The notes: generated by a model from the letters alone, not told the origin. Shown: positions 36,963 through 47,073, counted from the first letter of the stretch. The stretch is 64,000 nt of DNA from an uncultured Erysipelotrichaceae bacterium (GCA_902783895.1 CACZST010000036.1:3278-67277), one strand, 5' to 3'. Translations and numbers: made by a program.

Positions 36963-38231
36963 CTATTCTTTAAATTCAAATTCAAAGTCTAATATTTGAA
37001 CGATGTCGCCTTCTTCAATACCCATATTTCTAAGTTCATCATCAATTCCCATTTTCTTTAATTTATTAGAGAATCTTAAAACGGCTTCATCAGTATCTAG
37101 TCTACTCATTTTGAATAATTTAATTACTTCGTCACCGCTTATAATATACCTGTTACCTTCTTTAGTGATTTTATACGGTTTTTCTTCTTTAAACTTATAT
37201 ATAACGTGACTTTCAAATTTATCATTTGTATATAACTGTGTTTTAGGAATAGAATCTAAAAGATCTGCTAGTTTATAAACTACTTTGTCTAATCCTTCAC
37301 CTTTAATTGCAGATATTTCATAAACTTCTTTACTAACTTTTTCTTTGAATTTTTTTAGGTTTTCTTTAGAGTCTTCCATATCCATTTTATTAGCTAGAAT
37401 AATTTGAGGCTTTTTAAGTAGATTTTCATCAAATTTACGTAATTCTTCATTTATTGTTACATAATCATCATAAGGATCATTTGTATAACCACTCATATCA
37501 ATAACATGTGCGATTACTCTTGTTCTTTCAACATGTTTTAAGAATTTATCTCCAAGTCCGGTTCCTTCAGCTGCACCTTCGATTAATCCAGGAAGATCAG
37601 CTACAACAAAACTACGTCCATCAGGAACTCTAACAACTCCTAAGTTTGGTTTTAAAGTTGTAAATGGATAATCAGCGATTTTAGGTTTAGAGGCAGATAT
37701 TTTGGAGATAATTGTAGATTTTCCAACGCTTGGTTTACCTACAAGTCCAACATCTGCTAAAAGTTTTAATTCTAATTTTATTTTAAGTTCTTCTCCAGGT
37801 TCACCGTTTTCAGCATAATTTGGAGCAGGATTAGCTTGTGTGGCAAAGGCCATATTTCCTCTTCCACCTCTTCCTCCTTTAGCAACTATTACTTCTTCTT
37901 TATCTTTTGTTAAGTCAGCTATGACAAGACCAGTATCTTCATCAATAATAGTTGTGCCAACTGGAACTTTTAAAATTACATCTTCAGCAGCTTTTCCATG
38001 CATACCTTTTCCAAGACCATTTTCTCCATGTTTTCCTTTTATTAATTTATTATATCTAAAATCTACTAAGGTGTTTAAACCGGAGTCAGCTTTAAAAATA
38101 ATATTAGCTCCTCTTCCACCATTACCACCAAATGGTCCACCTAAAGCGACATATTTCTCTCTTCTAAAAGCTAGGCATCCGTCTCCTCCATCACCGGCTT
38201 TTACTTCAACAATTGCTTCATCAATAAACAT
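36963..38231 (-). CDS. obg: GTPase Obg
   Basis: 'MFIDEAIVEVKAGDGGDGCLAFRREKY', G1 'GKPSVGKST', 'DLPGLIEGA', 'NKMD', plus a C-terminal OCT/TGS-like domain. Confidence 0.95.
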   Translation of the reverse strand: MFIDEAIVEVKAGDGGDGCLAFRREKYVALGGPFGGNGGRGANIIFKADSGLNTLVDFRYNKLIKGKHGENGLGKGMHGKAAEDVILKVPVGTTIIDEDTGLVIADLTKDKEEVIVAKGGRGGRGNMAFATQANPAPNYAENGEPGEELKIKLELKLLADVGLVGKPSVGKSTIISKISASKPKIADYPFTTLKPNLGVVRVPDGRSFVVADLPGLIEGAAEGTGLGDKFLKHVERTRVIAHVIDMSGYTNDPYDDYVTINEELRKFDENLLKKPQIILANKMDMEDSKENLKKFKEKVSKEVYEISAIKGEGLDKVVYKLADLLDSIPKTQLYTNDKFESHVIYKFKEEKPYKITKEGNRYIISGDEVIKLFKMSRLDTDEAVLRFSNKLKKMGIDDELRNMGIEEGDIVQILDFEFEFKE

Positions 38232-38343
38232 TTTTCATCACCTATCTAGTATTATACATCACAAATACTTTAATAACAAGATAAAACATTTTGGTGAAAT
38301 TATTATGATTATTAAATGATATTAAGGTAAAATAAAAAGGACA

Positions 38344-38796
38344 TTATCCGTCCCATCTTACTGTGGCGTTAGTTCCTCCCCATGGTGCGCCAAGAATAGA
38401 ATCGTTTTCACTTTTCATAATTATTAGTATTCCAGAATTACCAGAAAAGGCAGTTTGAGCGATATTTGTAATATTTTTTTTAATTGTAACATTTTTTAGA
38501 TTTTTATTAGCAAAAGCATTATCTCCGATAGAATCTATTACCACTCCATTTATTTCTTCAGGGATAAATACAGTTTTTTCACAGGCATCAGAATAATCCG
38601 TTATGATAGTTCCTGATACAGTAAAACAAGAATAATCTGTTTGAATATTTTGAACATCATCTAATGCACTTCTTTTTACTTTATCATTACTTAATTTATG
38701 GTTTGAAAAAGTTGTAAGTAAGCTTAAAATAAGCAGTAAAAAAAGTGATAATATACCATATAATAATGCGGATGTGACAAAACCTTTATTATTCAT
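38344..38796 (-). CDS. pilin-like N-terminal hydrophobic segment fused to a BspA-type LRR domain
   Basis: 'MNNKGFVTSALLYGILSLFLLL' (G/F site but no Glu at +5), then 'IGDNAFANKNLKNVTIKKNITNIAQTAFSGN'. AAGGAGGG RBS. Confidence 0.5.
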   Translation of the reverse strand: MNNKGFVTSALLYGILSLFLLLILSLLTTFSNHKLSNDKVKRSALDDVQNIQTDYSCFTVSGTIITDYSDACEKTVFIPEEINGVVIDSIGDNAFANKNLKNVTIKKNITNIAQTAFSGNSGILIIMKSENDSILGAPWGGTNATVRWDG

Positions 38797-38815
38797 AGTG
38801 CCCTCCTTTAGTTTA

Positions 38816-38844
38816 ATTATACAATAGTTAATTTGTAATATCAA
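38816..38844 (-). promoter_or_regulatory. near-consensus sigma-A promoter
   Basis: Minus strand TTGATA - 17 nt - TATAAT, ~20 nt upstream of ATG 38796. Confidence 0.6.
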
Positions 38845-39076
38845 GAGTGATTTAAAGGATAAGTTTTATGGTAATTAGGCCTTTGTCTTTAATAATTTTA
38901 GGTATATGCATATCCTATTATAGGTGATTATTATGTGGAGATGTTGGTTTGGTAAAGGTAAATGGGCATGCTTATTTTTTTGTTTACTTGTGCTTCTTTT
39001 TTATCAGCTTTTTTTAACTTTATTTTTTCTAACTAGGATTAATGTTTTTTTGCTTTTGTTTTTCTTTTTAATGTTT

Positions 39077-39958
39077 TTAGTCTGTGGTTTTAAAATTTTC
39101 TGGTGATATTAATTTATTTGTTTTATAAAGTTTATCTACCATATTTTGAACTGTTTTACATTTTTGATACTCACTACCATTTAACTTAATAATATCTGGA
39201 AAACTTATTAAAATGTAAAGTAACATTTTTTCTTCTTTTTTTAATGGATAGTTCTTTTCATAAACACTAAATATATCTTCAAAGTCAAACTCTAAAGCGT
39301 GATTTAAGTAAAGTCTATATAAATCAAAAACAGGATTTTCTAATTTGGCTTTTCGCCAGCTTATTAAATAAGGTTTTTCGTTTGTGATAAAATGATTTAA
39401 ATTTAAATTACCATGATTTAGAGTTTTTCTTATTTTTTGACTATCTTTTATAATATCATGCCAGTTTTCTAATCTTTTTTTAGTATCTGATAGGCTATCA
39501 TAAATTATTGAAATGTTTCTTGCAAGTAGCATCTCGGATGGACTCATGTATACTTTACTTTCGATAATAGTTATTAAATCAGTATAATAATCATATAAAT
39601 ATCTGATATTACCATCTAAATCTTCATAGATTTGCTGATAATCACCTTTATCGAATTCTTCATAATGAGTTGTTTTACTATGAAGTAAAGCGGTTAAATT
39701 TACCAAATCAAGGATTTTTTGCTGTTTGGGAATATTATATTCATCAATATATTTATATATTTCAAATTCATCATCCTTATTTGAAATTAATTTTGGAAAA
39801 TAATCAAAATTTCTTGAATGTAAATATTCAAGAATTTCTGGATCTATCTTTTGCTTTTTATAAATATACTTTCCTTCACTAGTATTTATTAATGTCACAT
39901 CACCAAGCTTTTCATAACCCCTTGGCGTAATATTATATTTTTTTAAATCACTATTCAT
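39077..39958 (-). CDS. ysxE: CotS/YsxE-family spore coat protein (kinase-like fold)
   Basis: 'HGNLNLNHFI' (HGD-like catalytic-loop region) and position directly downstream of the spoVID-like gene, as in Bacillus. Confidence 0.55.
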   Translation of the reverse strand: MNSDLKKYNITPRGYEKLGDVTLINTSEGKYIYKKQKIDPEILEYLHSRNFDYFPKLISNKDDEFEIYKYIDEYNIPKQQKILDLVNLTALLHSKTTHYEEFDKGDYQQIYEDLDGNIRYLYDYYTDLITIIESKVYMSPSEMLLARNISIIYDSLSDTKKRLENWHDIIKDSQKIRKTLNHGNLNLNHFITNEKPYLISWRKAKLENPVFDLYRLYLNHALEFDFEDIFSVYEKNYPLKKEEKMLLYILISFPDIIKLNGSEYQKCKTVQNMVDKLYKTNKLISPENFKTTD

Positions 39959-40787
39959 TTGGTATTATTATCTTCGCACCTATTTTCAAATCATCTAAAT
40001 TATTATATAACTCTAGTTTATCCTTATCTATACTATATTTTTCACAAATAGTTTGAATGTTATCATTTTCAGTAACTACATGCACCTTATATACAACATA
40101 CCCTTCACTTTCATCCATATTATCAAATATTGATTTTACATTTATATTATCAGCTGAAACCTGTTTTATCTCCTGTGTATCCGTATTTTCTAAGGCCACC
40201 TCTTTAAAAGAATCTTTCTGCATCGTTTCCTTAAAAACCTCTTGAGTAGGTGCCTCTTTAAAAGAAGATACCAAATCTGAGGTAGACTCACCTACAGCAT
40301 CATTAGACTCACTAAACACCTCTTTTGTATTTTCTAAACTTTTAATAATTTCAGTTTCACTTTTCATAGCATCTTCTTTTTCTTCTACTGCACTTTCTAA
40401 AGATTCTATTTCCTCATCACTTTTTTCTTCTAAAACATCTACTTCTTTCACTTCTCTTTCCTCCCTTTCCATTAACCCCTCAATTAGAAGCTCAATATTA
40501 ACCGCTAAAATCTGATTATTTACAAGCTCATAGAAGAAATCATTTATATCAACAGTCACATTTTTTGTATCATATTTCTTATCAATACTTATATCAAAAG
40601 GAACATCAAATTCAAACATATCAAGATTTACAGAAGCATCAGTAAGTTTATAATTTCCACTTATAATAAAATTCCCACTTATAACATTACTTTCCAACTT
40701 ATAATTATGTTCAAGTGAAATACTTCTTATTTCAGCAATCTTATTTTCAAATGAAATATCATGCTTAAAAGGAATAGTTTTATTCAT
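39951..40787 (-). CDS. spoVID: stage VI sporulation protein D-like (SpoVID N-domain, acidic linker, C-terminal LysM)
   Basis: N-terminus 'FKHDISFENKIAEIRSISLEH', E/S-rich middle, C-terminal LysM 'YKVHVVTENDNIQTICEKYSIDKDKLELYNNL..LKIGAKIIIP'. Confidence 0.65.
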   Translation of the reverse strand: MNKTIPFKHDISFENKIAEIRSISLEHNYKLESNVISGNFIISGNYKLTDASVNLDMFEFDVPFDISIDKKYDTKNVTVDINDFFYELVNNQILAVNIELLIEGLMEREEREVKEVDVLEEKSDEEIESLESAVEEKEDAMKSETEIIKSLENTKEVFSESNDAVGESTSDLVSSFKEAPTQEVFKETMQKDSFKEVALENTDTQEIKQVSADNINVKSIFDNMDESEGYVVYKVHVVTENDNIQTICEKYSIDKDKLELYNNLDDLKIGAKIIIPNE

Positions 40788-40852
40788 ATTTATACCTCCT
40801 AAATTAGTATATGATAGGCCAATTTAAATATGAAAAAAATGCCTATTTGGCA

Positions 40853-42025
40853 TTATTTTTTTAATACTTTCCTAGTTAAAAGAGCTGCACATGCTATAAA
40901 TATAACTCCCATACTAGCAATTATTATCGACATCTCTGCCGATGTACTTGGAACCTGGACTACATCTACTTCTTCTTTATTGTTATCTTCTACTTTGTTT
41001 TCACTTCCTGTTTGGCCACCCTTTATTTCTTCCTTATCTTCTATATATTTTTCTATTGTATATGGCTGCTCTAAAGTACCTGATCCCTCTAGGGAAGTAT
41101 TAGAAGATAGATAGAATGCAGGAAGAACACTCTTACCATAACCCACACTACCACTACCCACGCAATAATTACTCTCACCACAACCACCACCACAAGCAGA
41201 AAAAACATATGTGCTAGCAGTTTCATAAATTGAAGTTGAATATGAAGAAATCATCCATTTACCATTCCAATCTTTTGCATACAAATAATTATGTGTATTA
41301 CTCATTTTATAACAGGTTGATGGATAACCATATTTATTTACGTATGCTAACACACTCGTGCATGCATTATTTGAACTTCCTTTTACATAATCTGTCACAT
41401 TCATTAAAGCTATTTTACCCTTCCATTTATATGCAGCCTCTTCTTTCATAGAATCTGATAAGTTTGTTTGATTATAAGCTGTTGGGCCTATATTCCAATC
41501 TTTGGTGACAATTAAATCTTGAACATCTTTATCTAACGTATTATACCAATCATTATTTAAATATGTATTTAAACTTGCTTCCTTTTCTGGAAGATTTTTT
41601 AATGTTCCATTTACCTCCCATGGCATTTGCGTTACTTTATTGCCACTAGAATCTAATGTAGTTGTTTTACTTCCCCACGATTTACAGCCATATTCACTTG
41701 TACAAAAGTCATTACTATCTGTAGAATATCTAACATTTTCCTCATCCCATGCTTTACTTCCTATACTTTCGTTTTTTATTACTTTAATAGTCCCATCTTT
41801 TTCTAAAGATATAATTCTATATAGATCATTACCTAGTTTTATATAATTATTTGGATTTCCTCCTTTATAAATATATCTTCCTTCTATGGTTGGATCTACA
41901 TATAGCCCTTCTCCTTCGGTTACTACATTTTTCTTTAATGTTTCACTTGTTTTTTCCATGGCTTTTACTGGCATTATATTTAAAGATATAAATACAGCAG
42001 TTAATAATACAAACATTTTTCTCAT
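40853..42025 (-). CDS. secreted protein with C-terminal membrane anchor, function unknown
   Basis: Signal peptide 'MRKMFVLLTAVFISLNIMPVKA'. Cys-rich 'SACGGGCGESNYCVG'. C-terminal TM 'MSIIIASMGVIFIACAALL' plus 'RKVLKK'. AGGAGAG RBS. The track start at 42160 is spurious because it reads through the T18 tract. Confidence 0.6.
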   Translation of the reverse strand: MRKMFVLLTAVFISLNIMPVKAMEKTSETLKKNVVTEGEGLYVDPTIEGRYIYKGGNPNNYIKLGNDLYRIISLEKDGTIKVIKNESIGSKAWDEENVRYSTDSNDFCTSEYGCKSWGSKTTTLDSSGNKVTQMPWEVNGTLKNLPEKEASLNTYLNNDWYNTLDKDVQDLIVTKDWNIGPTAYNQTNLSDSMKEEAAYKWKGKIALMNVTDYVKGSSNNACTSVLAYVNKYGYPSTCYKMSNTHNYLYAKDWNGKWMISSYSTSIYETASTYVFSACGGGCGESNYCVGSGSVGYGKSVLPAFYLSSNTSLEGSGTLEQPYTIEKYIEDKEEIKGGQTGSENKVEDNNKEEVDVVQVPSTSAEMSIIIASMGVIFIACAALLTRKVLKK

Positions 42026-42053
42026 ACACATCTCTCCTACCTTTACTATATCC

Positions 42054-42082
42054 ATTTTATCAAAAAAAAAAAAAAAAAACAA
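42054..42082 (-). promoter_or_regulatory. putative promoter whose 17-nt spacer is almost entirely a T18 homopolymer
   Basis: Minus strand TTGTTT - (T15 GA) - TAAAAT with TGn extended -10. Lies ~30 nt upstream of ATG 42025. Confidence 0.4.
42062..42079. repeat. homopolymer A18 (T18 on the coding strand)
   Basis: Counted directly: c-a(18)-c at 42061..42080. Confidence 0.95.
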
Positions 42083-42110
42083 GTAATATTTTAGGTAAAT
42101 AACTTGTCTT

Positions 42111-42644
42111 CTATGAGTATAATTTTGAATAAACATCATACATAATAACACCTGCCGCAACTGAAACGTTTATAGAGTTAGCCATGCCAAGTAATGGAAG
42201 ATGTACATATTTATCAGAAAGATTAATAGCCCCTTCAGATACTCCATCATATTCTCTTCCAAATATTAAGCACACTTTATTTTTAGGATGATATTCTCTA
42301 TAATCAGTACTATCATCTGTTACTTCGGCAGATACAATTTCAATGTCTTCTTCTTTTAGTTTTTTAATGACATCTACTATATTTTCGTGATATTCCCACG
42401 GAACCCATTTTTCTGCACCTCGTGATTATGATCTTATTTTTTTATTTGGTGGTATTATTGTACTTCCACAAATATAAACTTTTTTAATTAATAGTGAATC
42501 AGAAAGTCTTAAGATTGTTCCAATATTATGAGCACATTTTAAACTATCCAAAATTATATATATATCATTTCTTTTTATATTTTTAAACTTTTCTTTATTT
42601 ATTTTTCTTACTCTAAGTTCTTCTTTACTTAATTGATGAGACAT
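42111..42644 (-). pseudogene. TrmH/SpoU-family RNA 2'-O-methyltransferase interrupted by one in-frame TAA
   Basis: '...NKKIRS * SRGAEKWVPWEY...LIFGREYDGVS...LPLLGMANSINVSVAAGVIMYD'. 534 nt is 178 codons in a single frame. Stop at 42423..42425. Confidence 0.7.
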
Positions 42645-42677
42645 ATTTCCTCCTTATAAAAACACCATTAGGTGTTT

Positions 42678-45161
42678 TTAAGCTTTAAAATCATCAAGAA
42701 AATCATCAATAGTCATTATTTGTTCATCCACATTTTCTAGCTTTATTTCATCAGATTCCTTTTCCGATTCATCTTCAATACTGGCTTTAATAAATACTTT
42801 ATGAATTAAATCTTTAGTAAGCTGCGTTCCTGTTTGATATCTATCACAAATTGGTAATGAAGTCATTTTATAATAAGTTATTTCATCAGTTAAAATACCA
42901 ATTTCTGGCTTACCACTTATAATAAAGGCATTTATTATATGATAAGGATTTGTTTTAACATCTCTTACAACTTGAACACCTTTTCTAGCTCTAGCTGTTA
43001 TATCAAATTCATCTATTTTAATGCGTTTAGCTGTACCTTTATCGGTAATAATAGCTAAATAATTTGCCTCATTAAATGAATCACCAGAAGCTATAAAGTC
43101 ATCTTTCAAATTAATAGCTTTGACACCACTTCCTCTTAGTCCTGTAAGTGGAATTTCTTCTGTTTTATATCTAAGTCCAAGACCATTATAAGTAGTTATA
43201 AATACCTCTTCTTTAGCAATCACTACCTTAACCATTCTATCATTTTCCTTTAATTTCATTAAAGTTATTGGTTTAGAATATCTTTGAACTTTTAAATCTG
43301 ATAGTGAGGTTTGTTTAACCATACCATTTCTAGTGAAACTTAAAAATTTAGTTTTCTCATTAAAATCTTTAGCTAAATATGAATAAATAATTTCCTCATT
43401 ACTACTTATTTTAATTATATTACTTATATGCTTTCCTAAATCCTTCCATTTCATATCTGGGAGTTCATAAACTGGAATGTAAAGGTAATTTCCTAAACTT
43501 GTAAATAATATGAGAATATCCATAGTATTGGCTTCATATATACCAATCGGAAAATCATTTTGTTTTAAACCAGTCTCATCACTCTTAGCCGCATAACTTC
43601 TTGTGGATACTCTTTTTACATATCCTTCATCAGTTACTATAACCACACAATCTTCTTTTGGAATTAAAGAGGTTGTATCTATTTTAATTTCTGTAACTTC
43701 ATCTTTTATTTCTGTTTTTCTTTCAGTAGCATACTGCGATTTAATTAGTTTAAGCTCTGTTTTCATAACATGCTTCAAAGCTTCCTCATTTTCTAATATT
43801 TCCGTCCAAATAGCTATTTCCTTTTGTCTTTCCTCCACTTCTTTTTGAAGATCTAAAACATCTGTATTAGTTAACCGATAAAGTTGAAGATTAACAATAG
43901 CTTCGGCCTGCTTTTCAGTAAAATCAAATTCTATCTGTAAATTTTTAATTGAATCTGATTTATTTTTAGATGATCTAATTACCCTAATTACTTCATCTAA
44001 AATTGATAAAGCTTTAATTAAACCTTCTAAAATATGCATTCTTGCTTCAGCAACTGATAAATCAAATTTAGTTCTTCTAATTATTACATCCTTTTGATGA
44101 TCAATATAAGCATCTAAAATTGGAATTATTCCAAGTGTCATCGGTCTTTGATTAACAATAGCAACCATATTATAATTATATGAAATCATCATATCAGTAT
44201 TTTTAAGCAAATAATTTATAATTAACTCTTCATTAGCACCTTTTTTTAAATCTATAGCTATCTGAAGACCATTACGATCAGTTTCATCCCTTACTTCACT
44301 AATTCCCTCAACCTTTTTATCAATTCTAATTTCATCTATTTTTTTAACTAAAGCAGCTTTATTAACATCGTAAGGAATTTCAGAAATAATAATTTGACGA
44401 TTTGTTTTTGGACCTATTATTTCATATTTACACCTTACCGTTATTTTCCCTCTTCCAGTTTGAAAAGCATCATTAATACCTTTGATACCTTCAGCCACTC
44501 CACCAGTTGGAAAATCAGGACCCTTAATTCTTTTTTGAATTGTTTCTAAAGTACAGTTGGGGCTTTCAATCCTTTTAATAGTCGCATCTATTACCTCACC
44601 CAAATTATGCGGAGGAATATTTGTCGCATAACCAGCACTAATACCATTAGCACCATTAACTAAAAGATTTGGAAATTTTGCAGGAAGAACTGTCGGCTCT
44701 AAGATACTATCATCATAGTTTAAACTCATTAATACAGTATCTTTGTTTATATCTTTAAGCATTTCACCGGCTATTTTAGAAAGTCTTGCTTCTGTATAAC
44801 GCATAGCAGCGGCTCCATCGCCGTCCATTGAACCATTATTTCCTTGCATTTCAATAAAACAATGATTGTTTTTCCACCACTGACTCATTCTAACTAAAGC
44901 ATCATATATACTTGAATCACCATGTGGGTGGTAATAACCCATGATATTACCAACGGCTTTGGCAGATTTTTTTGTAGGTTTATCGTAAGTGTTATTATCT
45001 TTATACATTCCATATAAGATACGTCTTTGAACGGGTTTTAGTCCATCGCGAACATCTGGTAAAGCTCTATCTTGAATGATAGTTTTAGCATATTTTGAAA
45101 AGTTGTCACCCATTATATATTCTAAGGAGTAATCATATATTCTTTTGTTTATATCTTCCAT
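42678..45161 (-). CDS. parC: DNA topoisomerase IV subunit A
   Basis: 'FSKYAKTIIQDRALPDVRDGLKPVQRRILYGM' (the KPVQRR and QDRALPD context is ParC-like). No GyrA box seen. Follows parE. Confidence 0.75.
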   Translation of the reverse strand: MEDINKRIYDYSLEYIMGDNFSKYAKTIIQDRALPDVRDGLKPVQRRILYGMYKDNNTYDKPTKKSAKAVGNIMGYYHPHGDSSIYDALVRMSQWWKNNHCFIEMQGNNGSMDGDGAAAMRYTEARLSKIAGEMLKDINKDTVLMSLNYDDSILEPTVLPAKFPNLLVNGANGISAGYATNIPPHNLGEVIDATIKRIESPNCTLETIQKRIKGPDFPTGGVAEGIKGINDAFQTGRGKITVRCKYEIIGPKTNRQIIISEIPYDVNKAALVKKIDEIRIDKKVEGISEVRDETDRNGLQIAIDLKKGANEELIINYLLKNTDMMISYNYNMVAIVNQRPMTLGIIPILDAYIDHQKDVIIRRTKFDLSVAEARMHILEGLIKALSILDEVIRVIRSSKNKSDSIKNLQIEFDFTEKQAEAIVNLQLYRLTNTDVLDLQKEVEERQKEIAIWTEILENEEALKHVMKTELKLIKSQYATERKTEIKDEVTEIKIDTTSLIPKEDCVVIVTDEGYVKRVSTRSYAAKSDETGLKQNDFPIGIYEANTMDILILFTSLGNYLYIPVYELPDMKWKDLGKHISNIIKISSNEEIIYSYLAKDFNEKTKFLSFTRNGMVKQTSLSDLKVQRYSKPITLMKLKENDRMVKVVIAKEEVFITTYNGLGLRYKTEEIPLTGLRGSGVKAINLKDDFIASGDSFNEANYLAIITDKGTAKRIKIDEFDITARARKGVQVVRDVKTNPYHIINAFIISGKPEIGILTDEITYYKMTSLPICDRYQTGTQLTKDLIHKVFIKASIEDESEKESDEIKLENVDEQIMTIDDFLDDFKA

Positions 45162-45165
45162 TTTA

Positions 45166-47073
45166 TCACCTCGTATAATTGTCTTCTAAGGTGAATTCAA
45201 TGTTTTCTTCGATCCATTCTTTTCTTGGTTCAACATTGTCACCCATTAATACACTTACTCTTTTTTCTGCGAGTGATGCATCAGTTAGGTTTACTTTAAT
45301 TAAACTTCTTTTTTCAGGATCCATTGTGGTTTCCCAAAGTTGCTGAGCATTCATCTCTCCAAGTCCTTTGTATCTTTGTTTTTCAAGTTTTATTTTATTT
45401 TGTTTTCTTATTTCTTCGGCACCAGCATCATCCCAAGCGTAACCATATATTTTATTACCATTTTTTAAGGCATATAGTGGTGGCATAGCAATATATAAAT
45501 GTCCATTTTCAATTAATGGTTTCATATATCTATAGAAGAATGTTAAAAGTAAAATTGCAATATGAGCACCATCATCATCGGCATCAGTCATAATAATTAC
45601 TTTATCATAATTACAATCTTTTATTTCAAAATCACTACCAATTCCAGCACCTATAGTTTGAATCATAGTGTTTATTTCATTGTTTGCTAAAACATCAGTA
45701 AGTGGGGCTTTTTCAGTGTTAATTACTTTACCTCTTAAAGGAAGGATTGCTTGAAATTTACGATCTCTTCCTTGTTTAGCAGAACCACCGGCTGAATCTC
45801 CCTCAACTAAGAATAATTCATTAACTTTAGGATTTTTTGACTGAGCAGGAGTAAATTTATCACTGATTGATTTTTCTTTTTTACCTTTTCCTTTACCATT
45901 TCTAGCTTCATCACGGGCTTTTCTAGCGGCTTCTCTTACTTGTTTTGATTTAACCATTTTTTCTAATATTTTAGTAGCTATTTCTTTATTTTCTTCTAAG
46001 AAAAATTGAAGTTTTTCAGTTACAATATTATCGACTACAGTCCTGGCGATTGGGGTACCTAATTTACCTTTAGTTTGACCTTCGAATTGCAGAAGTTTTT
46101 CTGGTATTTGCAGACTAATAATTGCAGTTAATCCTTCTCTGGTATCTGGTCCTTCAAAGTTTTTATCTTTGGCTTTTAGATACCCATTATTTCTAGCATA
46201 GTCATTAAATACTCTAGTTACAGCTGTTTTAAGTCCAACTTCATGCGTTCCACCATCACTTGTTTTAACGTTATTTACAAATGATATTATGTTTTCTGAA
46301 TAAGTTTCAGTATATTGAAAGGCAAGTTCAACATTAATTCCTTCTTTACTTCCAGTTGTATCTACTGGTTTATGAATAACTTTTTTATCAGCATCTAAAT
46401 ATTCAACAAATGAGTTTAAACCTTTTTCATAATGATAAGTTTCTTCTTTATCACTTATTTCATCTTTAACAATAACTGTTAGATTTTTTAAAAGGAAAGC
46501 ACTTTCCTGCATTCTTTCACAAATTGTTGAAAATGAAAATGTGGTTGTTGAAAAAATTGTATCATCTGGAAGAAAATGAACTTTAGTTCCAGAACCTATA
46601 GCTTTACCTATTTTTTTAAGCGGTGTATCTAAATTTCCACCATCTTTAAAACTTATATAGTATTCATAACCGTCTCTTTTAATATTTACTTCTAACCATT
46701 TACTTAAGGCATTTACAACTGAGGCACCTACACCGTGAAGTCCACCTGAGACTTTATATCCAGATGTTTCAAATTTTCCACCAGCATGCAAAATGGTATA
46801 AATAACTTCGGGAGTTGATTTACCACTTTCATGCATACCAACTGGTACACCACGACCAAAGTCTTCAACGGTAATACTTCCGTCTTTATGCATTGTAACC
46901 TTTATTTTATTACCATAACCATTGATAACTTCATCTATTCCGTTGTCAACAATTTCCCATACTAAATGATGAAGACCTCTTTTATCTGTTGACCCGATAT
47001 ACATACCTGGTCTTTTTCTAACAGCTTCTAAGCCTTCTAGTATTTTAATGGAGTTTTCATCATATTTTGTCAT
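45166..47073 (-). CDS. parE: DNA topoisomerase IV subunit B
   Basis: GHKL ATPase 'LEGLEAVRKRPGMYIGST', 'LHGVGASVVNALS'. Toprim 'EGDSAGGSAKQGRDR', 'DADDDGAHI'. Confidence 0.75.
   Translation of the reverse strand: MTKYDENSIKILEGLEAVRKRPGMYIGSTDKRGLHHLVWEIVDNGIDEVINGYGNKIKVTMHKDGSITVEDFGRGVPVGMHESGKSTPEVIYTILHAGGKFETSGYKVSGGLHGVGASVVNALSKWLEVNIKRDGYEYYISFKDGGNLDTPLKKIGKAIGSGTKVHFLPDDTIFSTTTFSFSTICERMQESAFLLKNLTVIVKDEISDKEETYHYEKGLNSFVEYLDADKKVIHKPVDTTGSKEGINVELAFQYTETYSENIISFVNNVKTSDGGTHEVGLKTAVTRVFNDYARNNGYLKAKDKNFEGPDTREGLTAIISLQIPEKLLQFEGQTKGKLGTPIARTVVDNIVTEKLQFFLEENKEIATKILEKMVKSKQVREAARKARDEARNGKGKGKKEKSISDKFTPAQSKNPKVNELFLVEGDSAGGSAKQGRDRKFQAILPLRGKVINTEKAPLTDVLANNEINTMIQTIGAGIGSDFEIKDCNYDKVIIMTDADDDGAHIAILLLTFFYRYMKPLIENGHLYIAMPPLYALKNGNKIYGYAWDDAGAEEIRKQNKIKLEKQRYKGLGEMNAQQLWETTMDPEKRSLIKVNLTDASLAEKRVSVLMGDNVEPRKEWIEENIEFTLEDNYTR

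Noticed and set aside
38924-39106. 60-aa ORF in the T-rich spacer downstream of ysxE.
   Set aside because: The translation is a Phe/Leu-rich product of a T-rich tract, there is no RBS, and it overlaps the ysxE 3' end.
42026-42160. N-terminal extension of ORF 40853..42160 (MRQVLLCMMF...LFFFFFFDK...).
   Set aside because: The extension is translated through the T18 tract and across the 3' end of the trmH-like gene. A signal peptide with an AGGAGAG RBS begins at ATG 42025.
42678-47073. Calling the type II topoisomerase pair gyrB/gyrA.
   Set aside because: The A subunit has KPVQRR and the 'QDRALPD' context typical of ParC rather than GyrA's KPVHRR. No GyrA-box (QRRGGKG-like) is visible, and there is no dnaA/dnaN/recF context. 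The assignment remains motif-based.
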